DNA from: Cyanobacteriota bacterium
GTDB lineage: Bacteria; Cyanobacteriota; Cyanobacteriia; Cyanobacteriales; Microcoleaceae
Length of the DNA stretch: 64,000 nt
Reading direction: 5' to 3'
Assembly (NCBI GenBank): GCA_034189005.1
Contig: JAXHVR010000009.1
Span: forward strand, 11,413-75,412
Shown here: positions 63,255 to 64,000 of the stretch, piece by piece
Position numbering within the stretch: the first letter of the stretch is position 1
Layout: each line of letters begins with the position of its first letter
Notes under the pieces: model-generated
Databases searched by the model: none
Told to the model about the DNA's origin: nothing
Seen by the model: only the letters and a program-made list of their open reading frames with translations
Program-made: the position numbers and the translations under genes

Positions 63255-63787
63255 TCTTTTATAACTAACAAATAAGCTTTCTGTTTTCCCTAGTACTTAG
63301 ATATTTTCTTTCGTTAGTCGTGACTTTTTTTAAAAGTTATTATCTTAACAATTTTATCTGGTTTTGTCAACTTCGGTCTTAATCCCAAAGGATTTTTAGG
63401 TTTTTTCCTAGTGGGAGAGGGGAGACTGGCGGTGGGCTTTACTTGTCGGGAACCTGCCCCCTCCTGCTATCCTATTTTCGATAGAGTGAAATAGAATTGG
63501 GGCTTGTGGCAATAATTTTAATATCTACTTTATCAGCTTTGGGAAAAGAGCTAATATTTTTTTACCATTTTCTCAAAATTTATGACAGAATAGGATTTGC
63601 TTTGGGGCTCGCGGCCGCTATTAACAGCAAGCAATTTTACTCATGCTTTGAATTAGAATAGTCAGACCTCATAACGGAAATCTGGAAAAAAGAACCCTTA
63701 ATACAGGGGGACTTTTTGCTGTAAAAGTATTTACAAGGCCTTTATTGTCCCAAACTTTATATTAGTGCATCAAGCGTACTTTTTTTT

Positions 63788-64000
63788 ATGACTCAAATAT
63801 CACAAAATCCATCTAACGATGGAGAGCAAAGGCCCGAAAATTCCGTAGATGTCCAAGAATTAATAGCTCGACTTCGCCGGAAAGAAGGTGGTTGGGTAGA
63901 GTGGGGAGATGCCTGCAACACTCTACAAAAATCTGGCTACAACTCTCAGACAATTTTTGAGGAAACTGGATTTGAACCAGTGCATCAAAATCAGGTGATT
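63788..64000 (+). CDS. raf1: probable RuBisCO accumulation factor 1 (N-terminal fragment, runs off window)
   Basis: LRRKEGGWVEWGDACNTLQKSGYNSQTIFEETGFEPVHQNQVI matches my recollection of the cyanobacterial Raf1 N-terminus. Partial only. Confidence 0.5.
   Translation, partial: MTQISQNPSNDGEQRPENSVDVQELIARLRRKEGGWVEWGDACNTLQKSGYNSQTIFEETGFEPVHQNQVI

Noticed and set aside
1-64000. tRNA, rRNA or tmRNA genes
   Set aside because: Scanning for T-loop GGTTCGAAT/GTTCAAATC-type motifs and rRNA-like conserved blocks found nothing convincing. A proper tRNAscan/Infernal run is still advisable.

Overview
This is a cyanobacterial chromosomal segment. It has dense HIP1 GCGATCGC octamers, AT-rich heptamer (STRR-like) arrays and the palindromic repeat families typical of filamentous Oscillatoriales-type genomes. 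Positions ~850-47,400 form a large accessory cell-surface glycan island. It encodes a Wzm/Wzt ABC glycan exporter, two giant multi-domain enzymes (2077 aa: sulfotransferase, coiled coil, GT2, GT2, GT4; 1559 aa: MTase, GT4, GT2, GT41-like), six SAM-methyltransferase domains and a second sulfotransferase. It also encodes rmlC/rmlD, a GtrB-like polyprenyl-phosphate glycosyltransferase with two ~590-aa polytopic membrane proteins, and a 684-aa GGxGxD-repeat (RTX/oscillin-like) protein. A PPIase / cNMP-binding C39-like ABC exporter / long HlyD type I secretion set is present, as is a cyclase-homology sensor next to a cNMP-binding MscS channel. Positions 47.9-64 kb are mostly housekeeping: DUF2330, SRPBCC, malic enzyme, rimP-nusA-ylxR-infB, DUF445, menG, a REC-GAF response regulator and the 5' end of a probable raf1. 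I recognised no rRNA, tRNA or CRISPR array. The window is saturated with small palindromic or MITE-like repeats. Several sit in frame inside coding regions at domain linkers, several donate stop codons, one family shows clean 9-bp target-site duplications, and one copy is nested inside another element. All protein calls were made by eye from motifs and architecture; no database search was run.
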